DNA of 61,866 nt, the filler included, from Candidatus Woesearchaeota archaeon (GTDB lineage Archaea; Nanobdellota; Nanobdellia; Woesearchaeales; GCA-2687795), in assembly GCA_030753365.1 (NCBI GenBank). It is 5 parts of 5 records of this genome, joined end to end, with 100 filler letters (N's around TTAATTAATTAA, not from the genome) between each part and the next. Parts side by side here need not be neighbours in the genome. Positions count along the whole stretch, not along the records: positions 1 to 13,198 come from JASMCJ010000044.1; 4 more parts are not named here. One strand, 5' to 3'. The translations under genes and the position numbers were made by a program. A model generated the notes under the pieces. That model was given only the letters and a program-made list of their open reading frames with translations. It did not search any database and was not told where the DNA came from. Below are positions 1 through 9,782 of this stretch, piece by piece; the first letter of the stretch is position 1; each line of letters opens with the position of its first letter.

Positions 1-451
1 CATAATTGTGTTATATTCCCTCTCTGGCTGGAGCCAAAGGCGACCCGAGAGAGGTCGAGGAGCGGAACGAAGTGAGCACCGCAGAAGTAAGCCGCAGGAA
101 TTTGCCAATCTTAAGGGGGTGGAGGGGGATATTCCCCACCAAACTTTTCTATCCTTATCAATGCAAATTCTGAGGATTTATTGAATATAATACTATATAT
201 ACGACAATCGCAATATTTTGGGGTTAGAGGTTCTGTAAGCTAAGAATTTCAATGTCCATAACCTGTTTTTTCGTATTTACTCTTGAATGAAAATGTTACC
301 CACTGGTCAACCCTATTTGTCCAGTGGTTTTCATCAATATAGAGCTTCTAATCCTAAAATTATTAACTTTAGCTTACCACTGGTCACTGGACAGATGTCC
401 CAGTGAGCTATATAAAGGAATTGCTGTAATCCAATAAAACAGGTAATCAAA

Positions 452-1282
452 ATGGACATACCAGAATTAATAAGGAAAACTGCTCTTAGAAGAGGCTTAA
501 GTCCAAGGACAATTAAAACATACAGAGAATGTGTTAAACGATTCTTCAGAGCATGTGATAAGAATCCTAAAAATGTTAACAAGAAAGATATACAGGATTT
601 TCTAGACAGATTGATTGAAAAAGATGCACCAGGAAATACAATCAATGTTTATCTTAATGCTCTCAAGTTCTTCTATAATGAAATATTAAATAAAAGGCTT
701 ATGATTAGAATAAGGTTTTCCAAGACTCCAAGAAAGATAGCAGAGTTCATGACAAGAGAAGAGACCATAAGGCTTATTGAAGCCATAGAAAACCCTGCTC
801 ATCAGCTAATGGTCAAGCTTATGTATTCTGCAGGCTTAAGAGTAAGTGAATTAGTAAATCTAAAGCCTAAAAACTTTGAGTTCGATAATAACTATGGCTG
901 GGTAAGGAACGGTAAAGGCAGCAAGGACAGGCTCTTCATTATAGCTAAGTTTCTTAAGCAGGAATTAACAGAACATATTGAAAAAGAATGCTCTTATCCT
1001 GATTCATGGCTTTTCAAGGGACGGAAAGGCCATATTTCAGTAAGGTCAATACAAAAGATAGTTGAAAAAGCCAATAAAAAAGCGCACATTAACAAGAACA
1101 TTCATCCTCATACATTAAGGCATACATTTGCAACGCATTTAATCAGTAATAAATATGACATTACCTCTGTCCAGAGTTTATTAGGTCATTCAAGAATAGA
1201 GACAACATTTGATTATGTTCATATAGCCTCACCAAGAATGATTTATGTTAGTAGCCCTTTTGACAGTTTATATAAAAAATAG
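452..1282 (+). CDS. Tyrosine recombinase (XerA/integron-integrase-like, 276 aa)
   Basis: Catalytic set R (GLRVSEL), K (GKGSKDR), HxxR (HTLRH), H (LGH), Y (FDYVH); N-terminal S.RTIKTY motif; C-terminal SPFD. Seems too short to contain the IntI-specific insertion. Confidence 0.9.
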   Translation: MDIPELIRKTALRRGLSPRTIKTYRECVKRFFRACDKNPKNVNKKDIQDFLDRLIEKDAPGNTINVYLNALKFFYNEILNKRLMIRIRFSKTPRKIAEFMTREETIRLIEAIENPAHQLMVKLMYSAGLRVSELVNLKPKNFEFDNNYGWVRNGKGSKDRLFIIAKFLKQELTEHIEKECSYPDSWLFKGRKGHISVRSIQKIVEKANKKAHINKNIHPHTLRHTFATHLISNKYDITSVQSLLGHSRIETTFDYVHIASPRMIYVSSPFDSLYKK

Positions 1283-1346
1283 AGCAGGTTCAGGGATTGC
1301 ATTTTAAGGCAACATATATAAACATAAAAGATTCTGATTTCTTTTA

Positions 1347-2570
1347 ATGATAAAAGACTATTTCCTTATTGCTATTACAAGCCTGAAGAACAGGAAATTG
1401 AGAAGCTGGCTTACTATGATAGGAATAGTCATAGGAATTGCCACTGTTGTTTCCTTGATTGGGCTTGGAGAAGGCCTTAGATATGCTATTAATTCTCAGT
1501 TTGGCTTTTTAGGTGCAGACCTTATAAGCGTTAATATTGGAAGCACTGCAGGCATGCCAGGCACAACTACTGTTGAAGAGCCGTTGACTAAGAGCAATGT
1601 TGGCCAGATTAAGAGGATTCAGGGTGTTAAGATGGCTGCCGGCAGAGTTTTAGATGATGGCAAGATAGAGTTTAATGATAAAACCGATTTTACTGTTTTT
1701 ACAAGCATGCCAAGCGGAGAGTCAAGGCAGGGCATAGAAGAGGTTATTAACTATGAAGCTGCAAGGGGCAGGCTTTTGAAGGATGGTGACAAGTATCTGA
1801 CTGTGGTTGGCTCAAGCCTTGCTGATGAGGATACTTTTGGTAAAGAAATAGTACCTGGAAGTAAGGTAAAGATTGAAGATAAGGATTTTAAGGTTGTTGG
1901 TATTCTTAAAAAGAAAGGAAATTTCATGCTTGATTCATCTGTGTTGATGAATGAAGATGTTCACAGAGAAATATTTGACCTGCCTGCAGGAGAATATGAT
2001 ATGATTGGTGTAAGAGTTAAGGAAGAGAGCAATATTGACAAAATAAAGGAAGATATTGAAAAATTGTTAAGGAAGAAGAGGGATGTTAAGGAAGGTGAAG
2101 AAGATTTTACTGTTGAGACTGCCCAGAATGTTGTGGAGAATCTGAATAATATACTAATGTCTGTTAATATTTTTGTCTGGATTATTGCAGGCATTTCCCT
2201 TGTTGTTGGCGGCATTGGAATCATGAATACTATGTACACCTCTGTTCTTGAGAGAACTAAAGAGGTTGGCATAATGAAGTCTATTGGAGCAAGGAATAGC
2301 ACAATTTTCACCTTCTTTTTTATTGAGTCAGGGTTATTGGGAACTATAGGAGGGATTATTGGCATTTTGTTGGGCGTTTTTTTTGCTACAAGCCTGGCTA
2401 CAGTTGGAAGGGCTGCCTTAGACTCAGATTTAATCTCAGCTCATTTTAGCCCTATACTTATTTTTGGGGCATTACTTTTTTCATTTAGCTTAGGGGTAAT
2501 TTTTGGTGTTATACCTGCATATAAAGCTTCAAAGCTTAACCCTGTGGACGCATTGAGGTTTGTAAAATGA
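1347..2570 (+). CDS. ABC transporter permease, MacB/FtsX family
   Basis: RSWLTMIGIVIGIA start, large extracytoplasmic domain, GIMNTMYTSVLERTKEVGIMKSIGA motif, C-terminal PVDALR. Confidence 0.9.
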   Translation: MIKDYFLIAITSLKNRKLRSWLTMIGIVIGIATVVSLIGLGEGLRYAINSQFGFLGADLISVNIGSTAGMPGTTTVEEPLTKSNVGQIKRIQGVKMAAGRVLDDGKIEFNDKTDFTVFTSMPSGESRQGIEEVINYEAARGRLLKDGDKYLTVVGSSLADEDTFGKEIVPGSKVKIEDKDFKVVGILKKKGNFMLDSSVLMNEDVHREIFDLPAGEYDMIGVRVKEESNIDKIKEDIEKLLRKKRDVKEGEEDFTVETAQNVVENLNNILMSVNIFVWIIAGISLVVGGIGIMNTMYTSVLERTKEVGIMKSIGARNSTIFTFFFIESGLLGTIGGIIGILLGVFFATSLATVGRAALDSDLISAHFSPILIFGALLFSFSLGVIFGVIPAYKASKLNPVDALRFVK

Positions 2571-3787
2571 ATCCTGATCTAGTGATATATTCATTGAAGA
2601 ATTTGTTGAGTAGAAAGACGAGAACCTGGCTTACTATACTTTCTATTCTTATTGGCATCATGGCAATTTTTGCATTGGTAAGCTTTGGCCAGGGCATTGC
2701 AAAATATATGGATGATATGTTCCAGAAGATGGGCACTGATAAGCTGATGATTATGCCTAGAGGAGCTGGCGTGCCTGGAACAGGAAATGTGAAGTTCTAT
2801 GAGGATGATATTGATTTTATCAGAAAAATTAATGGTGTTGGAGAGATTATTGGGTATATGATGGTTAACGGTGAGGTTAAGATTAAGGATGATAAAAAGC
2901 CCAAATACCCCTATGTGATGGGGCTTCCTACAGATCCTGACGAGAGAATGCTTTTTGAGGAAATGGCTGCAGGGTTTGAAGTGGTTGAAGGCAGAGGTTT
3001 GAAAAAAGGTGATAAGCTGAAAGCAAATTTAGGGCATAATTACAGAACTGCAAACAAGGTTTTTAAGAAGGCTCTTAATGTAGGGGATAAGATAATCGTT
3101 AATGGCATTGACGTGGATATTGTAGGTTTTTATGATGAAGTGGGAAACCCTGAAGATGACAGGAATGTTTATCTTACTTTTGAAGGTTTTAAAGAGATTT
3201 TTGATAAAGGAGATGAATACCAAACAATTGTTATACGAGCAGCAGATGATCAAAGCCCCACAGAGCTTGCCGAGAAAATTGGAGATAAGTTCAGGAAGAG
3301 AAAAGGCCAGAAAGAAGGACAGGAAGATTTCCATGTGCAGACTTTTGAGCAAATGATGGAAACTTTTGGCACAGTGATTATTGTTTTGAACGCTGTTCTT
3401 GTTATTATTGCACTGATTTCTTTGGTTGTTGCAGCTGTTAATATTATGAACACTATGTATACTGCTGTTCTTGAAAGAACAAAAGAGATTGGCATAATGA
3501 AAGCTATTGGCTCAAGGAATAGTGATATTCTCTTTGTTTTTGTTTTTGAGTCTGGCTTATTAGGCCTGGTTGGAGGAATTCTTGGTGTTTTGCTTGGTTA
3601 TGGCATTGCCAAGTTTGGAGAGCTTATGGCCAGGCAATCTGGATTGGCAATGTTAAAGCCTTATTTTCCCTGGTGGCTTACTATTGGCTGTTTAATGTTT
3701 GCTTTCTTGGTTGGAGCTGGCTCAGGCTTACTACCTGCAATCCATGCTTCAAAGCAGAAACCCGTGGATGCGTTGCGTTACGAATAG
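2567..3787 (+). CDS. ABC transporter permease, MacB/FtsX family (tandem paralog)
   Basis: Same motifs (NIMNTMYTAVLERTKEIGIMKAIG, PVDALRYE); ATGA overlap with the previous gene. Confidence 0.9.
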   Translation: MNPDLVIYSLKNLLSRKTRTWLTILSILIGIMAIFALVSFGQGIAKYMDDMFQKMGTDKLMIMPRGAGVPGTGNVKFYEDDIDFIRKINGVGEIIGYMMVNGEVKIKDDKKPKYPYVMGLPTDPDERMLFEEMAAGFEVVEGRGLKKGDKLKANLGHNYRTANKVFKKALNVGDKIIVNGIDVDIVGFYDEVGNPEDDRNVYLTFEGFKEIFDKGDEYQTIVIRAADDQSPTELAEKIGDKFRKRKGQKEGQEDFHVQTFEQMMETFGTVIIVLNAVLVIIALISLVVAAVNIMNTMYTAVLERTKEIGIMKAIGSRNSDILFVFVFESGLLGLVGGILGVLLGYGIAKFGELMARQSGLAMLKPYFPWWLTIGCLMFAFLVGAGSGLLPAIHASKQKPVDALRYE

Positions 3788-3835
3788 TAGCGCTAATGTC
3801 AAGAAATGAGCAAAGCGAATGACAGACTCTGAGGT

Positions 3836-4081
3836 ATGAGTAACGCTAAAATGACAAATAAATATTGGTTTACACGAAAAAGGTACGGTTATGGCGCAAC
3901 GCCAGTTACATGGGAAGGTTGGTTGCTTACACTAGGGTTTATTATTATTGTGACTTCGCGAGTCTTAGATGCTGAGAAAAGACCATTCCAATTTACTATG
4001 GAACTAATTGTATTAATATTTGTTCTAATAATAGTAGCAATAAAAAAGACTGAAGGTGGATTTAAGTGGCAATGGGGATAA
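3836..4081 (+). CDS. Small 2-TM membrane protein
   Basis: WF.RKRYGYGATPVTWEGW motif, two hydrophobic helices, GAGGT upstream. Confidence 0.65.
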   Translation: MSNAKMTNKYWFTRKRYGYGATPVTWEGWLLTLGFIIIVTSRVLDAEKRPFQFTMELIVLIFVLIIVAIKKTEGGFKWQWG

Positions 4082-4416
4082 AAGGTAAGATTCAAAGAAC
4101 GCAAGTAATAGATACTACGTTATGAATAAAATCCAATCTATCTCTTAAAAGCAAGAATGTTTGGCTTGTCTTCTCTATATTCAGGCCAAGGTATAGTTAG
4201 ATACTTCATGCATCTTCTAAGACTTTCCATAGCATCAGGCTTTAAGAACATTAATTTCTGAAAATATTCTATCATTCTCTCCCATAGAAACCCATGACAT
4301 TTTGATTAATATAATCCTAAATAATATATAAATATTTATGTGATATAAGGAATTTAATTATTTACTACTTCTTAAAATTACAAAACTCTTATAAAACATT
4401 TACCTTCATTCTGTTT

Positions 4417-5787
4417 ATGAAACGAGATCTCACCAAGGGCAGCATCACTAAAAACATCTTTGCACTATCATTACCTATGATGCTTGCTTTTCTGCTGCAT
4501 ACTGGCTTTAACATAATTGATACTATTTATGTTGGAAAGTTGTCTGCTTTAGCTCTTGCAGCTATTTCTATAACATTTCCTGTTATTTTTCTTATCATTG
4601 CATTAGCTTCTGGTATTGGCATTGGCGTTACTTCGCTTATTGCAAGGCTTTTAGGAGCTGGAAGAAAGAGAGATGCAGATAACGCTGCAGAACATTCATT
4701 ACTGCTTGCTCTTATCCTAAGCATCTTCTTTACAACATTCGGATTAACACTGTCTAAACCATTATTCATTCTGATTGGCACAACTCCTGAAATGATGCCT
4801 CTTGTAATGGATTATGTTAAAATAATTTTTGGCGGCTCTTTTTTCATGTTTCTTGCTTTTATGAGTAATTCAATTTTAAGAGGAGAGGGTGATATGAAAA
4901 CTCCTATGAAAGCTATGATGCTTGGCACTATCCTTAACATTATTCTTGATCCTCTTTTGATTTTCGGTATTGGAATTTTCCCCAGATTAGAAATGGCTGG
5001 CGCTGCGCTGGCAACCATCATAGCTAGGTCAATTTCTTCAGTGTTCGTGTTTTCTCATTTATTAAGAAATAGGGCCCATATTAAGCTTGATTTAAAGAAT
5101 TTTAAGTTTAAGTTTAGCATTATAAAAGACATTTTTTCAATAGGCATTCCCGCATCCTTATCTCAGGCCGTTATGTCCTTTGGCATGTTCTTTATGATGA
5201 AGATTATTTCCAATTTCGGGCCTTTTGCAATAGCTGCTTATGGCCTGGCTAACAGATTGGATATGGTTGCGCTGCTGCCAGCTATAGGCATTTCAACTGC
5301 TGTTATAACTATTGTTGGCCATAATGTTGGTGCTGGAAATTTTAAAAGAGCTGAAAAGACAACCTGGACTGGTGTTTTGATAACAATGATTTTCATGGAA
5401 GTTATAGGATTAATGTTTTTTCTATTCCCTGAGTTCTGGATAAGCATTTTTAACACTAACCCTGATATACTTGCTTATGGTGTATCTTATATTAGGATTA
5501 TCAGCCTTTTGTATATGCTGATTGGTATTAGTATGATTATCCCTTCCGCATTCCAAGGTGCAGGGATAGGTTATCCTTCAATAGTATTATCAGTATTAAG
5601 ATTGCTTGTATTATCTGTGCCGCTTGCTTACTTTTTATCTAAACCTTATGGGGTTACTGGTGTTTGGTATGGTATCGCTATTTCTATAATCGTTACATCT
5701 ATTGTATCTGCCTTATGGTTTAGGGCAGGCACATGGAAGAAAGGCAAGCATCTTGAAGAGAAAGAGATTCCAGAGGTTTCTGGTTAG
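4417..5787 (+). CDS. MATE family efflux transporter
   Basis: DLTKGSI start, about 12 TM, RGEGDMKTPM and NIILDPLLI motifs. Confidence 0.92.
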   Translation: MKRDLTKGSITKNIFALSLPMMLAFLLHTGFNIIDTIYVGKLSALALAAISITFPVIFLIIALASGIGIGVTSLIARLLGAGRKRDADNAAEHSLLLALILSIFFTTFGLTLSKPLFILIGTTPEMMPLVMDYVKIIFGGSFFMFLAFMSNSILRGEGDMKTPMKAMMLGTILNIILDPLLIFGIGIFPRLEMAGAALATIIARSISSVFVFSHLLRNRAHIKLDLKNFKFKFSIIKDIFSIGIPASLSQAVMSFGMFFMMKIISNFGPFAIAAYGLANRLDMVALLPAIGISTAVITIVGHNVGAGNFKRAEKTTWTGVLITMIFMEVIGLMFFLFPEFWISIFNTNPDILAYGVSYIRIISLLYMLIGISMIIPSAFQGAGIGYPSIVLSVLRLLVLSVPLAYFLSKPYGVTGVWYGIAISIIVTSIVSALWFRAGTWKKGKHLEEKEIPEVSG

Positions 5788-5797
5788 AAACAAAATC

Positions 5798-6751
5798 TTA
5801 TTTTTTCTTAGACTTTTTACTTTTTTTAACTTTCTTCACAACTTTTGTTTTAGGCTTAGCACTGCTTTTCGTCATTTTCCCAGCCAATTTCTCTATATAC
5901 TTCTCTTCCTTCTCAACCTTTTTCTCTTCTTTTTTTATCATCTTTTCTTCCTTGCCTATGATAGCTTCTTCTTTCTTAAATTCCCTGAAGAATGCCTGGA
6001 AGTTTGAGATATAAACAAACAGTATTGCAACGAATATAACATTTACTATTGCTCCTATTAAAGCCTCTGTGCTAACCAAAAACCTTGCAATAGCTGTTAC
6101 AGGCGTTATGTCACCATATCCAATAGTTGCAAATGTGATTATACTGAAATAGATATATTGAGAATATACAATTGGCTTATCAACAGCATATGAAAATGCA
6201 CCTGGATCTGATGCTGCAATATTAAAGAATATCCATCCAAAACCAAATGTATAGAATATTAGTATGCTTACATACACTAATATCACCATCAACTGTTTAT
6301 ACTGTTTGAACCATTTGCTTATATCAACATCCATCCCCAATACTTCAGGACAGTATATGAATGTAAGCAGTATGTATGTTGCTAGATGAGGCATTTCTAT
6401 GAAAAAGAGTGAAGGATTGCGTTTTATGATAAGCATTGGAAGGGTAAGGCCTACTGCTACTATAAGAAAGCCTATTAATGAATATCTTACTCCTTTCACA
6501 CTTTCTCTGTTCCTTATAAAAGGGATAAGAAAGAAGAATATAATCATTGTTACAAATACCATAATCACTTGAACCATTATGTTCACTGTTGTCTCAAATT
6601 TCTCATGTATTCTGACTGCTATGAGCCTTGATAACATAACTGAGAGAACAATAGGCACAATGAAGAGCAAATTATAGAGAATAAGCTTTGTTATTGTAAT
6701 TTCTCCTGTACCATAGCCTGCGCTAAATATATCACCACCTTTTTTTTCCAT
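5798..6751 (-). CDS. Potassium channel family protein (pore domain, N-terminal TM region, Lys-rich tail)
   Basis: Pore helix and filter YFSIITFATIGYGDITP; no RxxRxxR S4 segment visible. Confidence 0.85.
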   Translation of the reverse strand: MEKKGGDIFSAGYGTGEITITKLILYNLLFIVPIVLSVMLSRLIAVRIHEKFETTVNIMVQVIMVFVTMIIFFFLIPFIRNRESVKGVRYSLIGFLIVAVGLTLPMLIIKRNPSLFFIEMPHLATYILLTFIYCPEVLGMDVDISKWFKQYKQLMVILVYVSILIFYTFGFGWIFFNIAASDPGAFSYAVDKPIVYSQYIYFSIITFATIGYGDITPVTAIARFLVSTEALIGAIVNVIFVAILFVYISNFQAFFREFKKEEAIIGKEEKMIKKEEKKVEKEEKYIEKLAGKMTKSSAKPKTKVVKKVKKSKKSKKK

Positions 6752-6893
6752 TTTTATAATAGTCTACCTTTTAGTATATATATTTTTATAACATATCTTA
6801 TAAATATTTATCTTTTTGTAAGAATAAAATATTCCAAATATTTATATATTATCATTGTTAGAAAAATTAACTATAAAAAGAGGGTGAATTACT

Positions 6894-9230
6894 ATTTCAA
6901 GGAACAAGCTAGATGAAATAATACAAAATATTATTCCACCTGCTCTAGTGCTGCTTCTTACTGTTACCATTTTTGAATCATTCTATGACATTTCAAGGTA
7001 TAGTGCTCTTATAGACATTTTTGATCTTGTAGTTATTATCATCTTTGCCATAGATTTGTATTTCAGATGGCTAGAAACCCCGCATTTTATTCCTTATGTT
7101 AAAAAACACTACCTTGACATTATTGCAACTATCCCTTTTAACTATATATTCATGGGCATAGAATATCTTTCTTTTACACGAGCCCTAAGAGGGATTAGAG
7201 TTATTGCAAGAGTCGCAAAGATGGCAAGATTCGCCCGTTATGGAAAACTTCTCAGGTTGTTCAGGTTTGCTGCAAGAGCTCCCAGGTTCCTTAGGATGCG
7301 TCATCATCTAAAAAAGACAGAGATTAGGAAGGTGCAGCCTCATGAGAAGAAGATGAAAGGTGTGCTAAGCTTTAGAGTTATACTGCTTGTTACCATCAAT
7401 TCAATCATGGGCACTGGCATCTGGTTCCTTACATCAGCTGGCGCAAAGTATGCAGGGCCTGCATCGTTGATCTCATGGGGCATTTTATCAGTTATTGCAG
7501 TTTATATTGCAATGTGCTTCTCAGAGCTTACCAGCATGTTTCCTAAGGCAGGAGGTGTTTATGAGTTCGCAAAACAAACCTATGGAAGGTTCTGGAGCTT
7601 CGTTATTGGCTGGACAACATCCATTGCAGGCAGTGTTACAATCTCTATGCTTTTATTGGGAGCGTTGCAGTATATGATACCTATTGAATATTCAAGATTC
7701 TATATTCCTATAGCTATTGGCCTTGTGGTATTGTTCAACTATATTGCATTCAAAGGCATGCAGACAAGCACTTATATGCTTGTTACATTTGCATTAATCA
7801 CTCTAGGAACAATTACAGCTATCATAGTGCCTGGCTTTTTTAAGTTCAATATTGCAAATTTCTCCCCATTCTTTGTATTCCCAACCATGAACCTGCTTTT
7901 AGCAATCTTCTTTATCGCTGAAACATTCTTTGGCTGGGAGAGCGCTATATTCTTATCTGCAGAGACAAAGAATCCTACTAAGGTCATGCCTAAAGCGCTT
8001 ATTTATGGCACTATAGCAATCGCCGGGTTTGCTCTTCTGCTTTCACTGACTGCAATGGGTGTTATCCCCTGGCAGACTTATGCAGAGTCTTCAGCTCCTT
8101 TAAGGGATTTAGGCAAGGCCTATTTTGGTAATATAGGTGGTATTGTGTTTACACTTCTCGTATCTGTATCTATAATTGGCGCTGTTGCCAGCTGGATTGT
8201 GACTTCACCGAGACTTTTGATGGCTCTTGCAGAGGATAAGCTGTTCTTTGTTCAGTTTGCAAAGATACATCCTAAGCATAAAAGCCCTTATGTGTCTATA
8301 ATATTTCAGGTTCTTATTATCTCTATCCTTGTTGTTATAGGAGCTGGCTCATATGAAAAACTGCTTCATCTTCTAATACCGCTTATATTGATACTTTATT
8401 CAGCCGTGCTTATGAGCGTTGTTATCCTAAGATTCAAAAAGCCAGAGCTTCCAAGACCGTTCAAAGTACCTTTTGGTAAGGTTGGACCATTCTTCATTGT
8501 GCTCTTTATGGTTTTTTTGATGATAATGTTCATCAGGGAAACACATGGCGCAATGGACATTTTAAGGGTTTCAAGCTCATTAATCTTTTTTGGCATCCCT
8601 GCATACTTCGCTATAGAAATATTTTATGACCAAAAATATATCATTATGAGAAAGAACTTTCTTGCAAAGCTTTCCCATCTTTACCATTTAGCTCCTCTCC
8701 CAAAACCTTTGTTCAACCATATCCTTAAGCTTATAGGAACAACTAAGAAGGATCATGTGTTCCTTGACTATGACTGCGGTGTGGGAGGGTTCACAAGAAG
8801 GATTATTAAGAAAAAGCTGCCCTTCAAAAGGATTTATGCTATTGACAAGTCAAGCGAGCAGATAAAAGTATTCAAAGAGAATATTCCAAAAGAATATAAG
8901 AACAAGGTTAAGGTTTCTTATAAGAAATCATGGAAAATCCCTCCTAATATAAGGAACATTGACATATTCTTCTCTTTTAACTCGCTTGGATATATAGATG
9001 ATATTCCAGTATTCCTTAAGCACTTAAGAACTGTTCTTAAGAAGAAAGGAAGGTTTTGCTTCTATATCAAGCACAGTATAATCGATGTAACTCCTAACGC
9101 ATTAATTGTTGAAGATGAAAAGAAAGTAAAAGAATTGTTTTCCAAAGAAAAGTTCAGTGTAACTTATTCTAAAAGAAAGCGAAGTCTTTTCAGCAGACAG
9201 ATATTCATTTATGGGAAAAGGTTGGGTTAA
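6894..9230 (+). CDS. Fusion: voltage-sensor domain + APC amino-acid permease + SAM-methyltransferase-like domain
   Basis: S2 IFAIDLYFR, S3 YLDIIATIPF, S4 RALRGIRVIARVAKMARFAR; APC motifs NSIMGTGIW, GGVYEFAK, FFGWE; C-terminal FLDYDCGVG. ORF track starts at GTG 6948, but the frame is open from 6888 with ATT at 6894 after RBS GAGGGTGA. Confidence 0.8.
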   Translation: MSRNKLDEIIQNIIPPALVLLLTVTIFESFYDISRYSALIDIFDLVVIIIFAIDLYFRWLETPHFIPYVKKHYLDIIATIPFNYIFMGIEYLSFTRALRGIRVIARVAKMARFARYGKLLRLFRFAARAPRFLRMRHHLKKTEIRKVQPHEKKMKGVLSFRVILLVTINSIMGTGIWFLTSAGAKYAGPASLISWGILSVIAVYIAMCFSELTSMFPKAGGVYEFAKQTYGRFWSFVIGWTTSIAGSVTISMLLLGALQYMIPIEYSRFYIPIAIGLVVLFNYIAFKGMQTSTYMLVTFALITLGTITAIIVPGFFKFNIANFSPFFVFPTMNLLLAIFFIAETFFGWESAIFLSAETKNPTKVMPKALIYGTIAIAGFALLLSLTAMGVIPWQTYAESSAPLRDLGKAYFGNIGGIVFTLLVSVSIIGAVASWIVTSPRLLMALAEDKLFFVQFAKIHPKHKSPYVSIIFQVLIISILVVIGAGSYEKLLHLLIPLILILYSAVLMSVVILRFKKPELPRPFKVPFGKVGPFFIVLFMVFLMIMFIRETHGAMDILRVSSSLIFFGIPAYFAIEIFYDQKYIIMRKNFLAKLSHLYHLAPLPKPLFNHILKLIGTTKKDHVFLDYDCGVGGFTRRIIKKKLPFKRIYAIDKSSEQIKVFKENIPKEYKNKVKVSYKKSWKIPPNIRNIDIFFSFNSLGYIDDIPVFLKHLRTVLKKKGRFCFYIKHSIIDVTPNALIVEDEKKVKELFSKEKFSVTYSKRKRSLFSRQIFIYGKRLG

Positions 9231-9279
9231 AGAAAAGTCTTTATATATCTTATGTTTATCTATGTGATAGGTGATAGAT

Positions 9280-9548
9280 ATGGAACAAACAACATTATCT
9301 GGAGATGAATGGGAAGATGGAAAGTATGTATTATTTGGTAAGGGGATAGACTGGCAATAAATCTAAGGAAAAGCATGGTCCAGGCTCTGGGCTTGAAACC
9401 GAGAGACGAAGTTAAGATTTATGTGAAGAAAGTGCGAGAAAATGTTGCAAAAGTAAGGGATCAGCCCAAGAATCCTTTCAACAAGACACCAGAAATTGGT
9501 GATGCTGGAAAACCCAATGCTGCTGACTCAGAGGTAATATCTTATTAA
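9280..9548 (+). pseudogene. Frameshifted AbrB/MazE/SpoVT-type DNA-binding protein
   Basis: RBS AGGTGA then ATG 9280 (MEQTTLSGDEW...FGK). A shifted frame continues GDRLAINLRKSMVQALGLKPRDEVKIYV to TAA 9548; shift near 9340-9345. Confidence 0.55.
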
Positions 9549-9782
9549 CCATTCTTTATAAACTTTTTTGATAATTCCCTAAAAAAGATGAAAAATCATC
9601 AAAAAATACCATTTTTCACGAAAAACCGCAGAAATTCTTCAAAAATCCCAAATATTACTTGAAAGATTTTCTTATCTACTTAGGGATTATAGATGAATCC
9701 GTTTACATGAAAGACGTTTTTGGCTACTGGTTCAAATCTGTTCTTGGTTGGATAATCACTATTTTAGTCACAGGATCTTTTA

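Noticed and set aside
452..1282. Bona fide integron integrase IntI
   Set aside because: The protein appears to lack the IntI-specific insertion and no repeated attC sites are visible inside the window.
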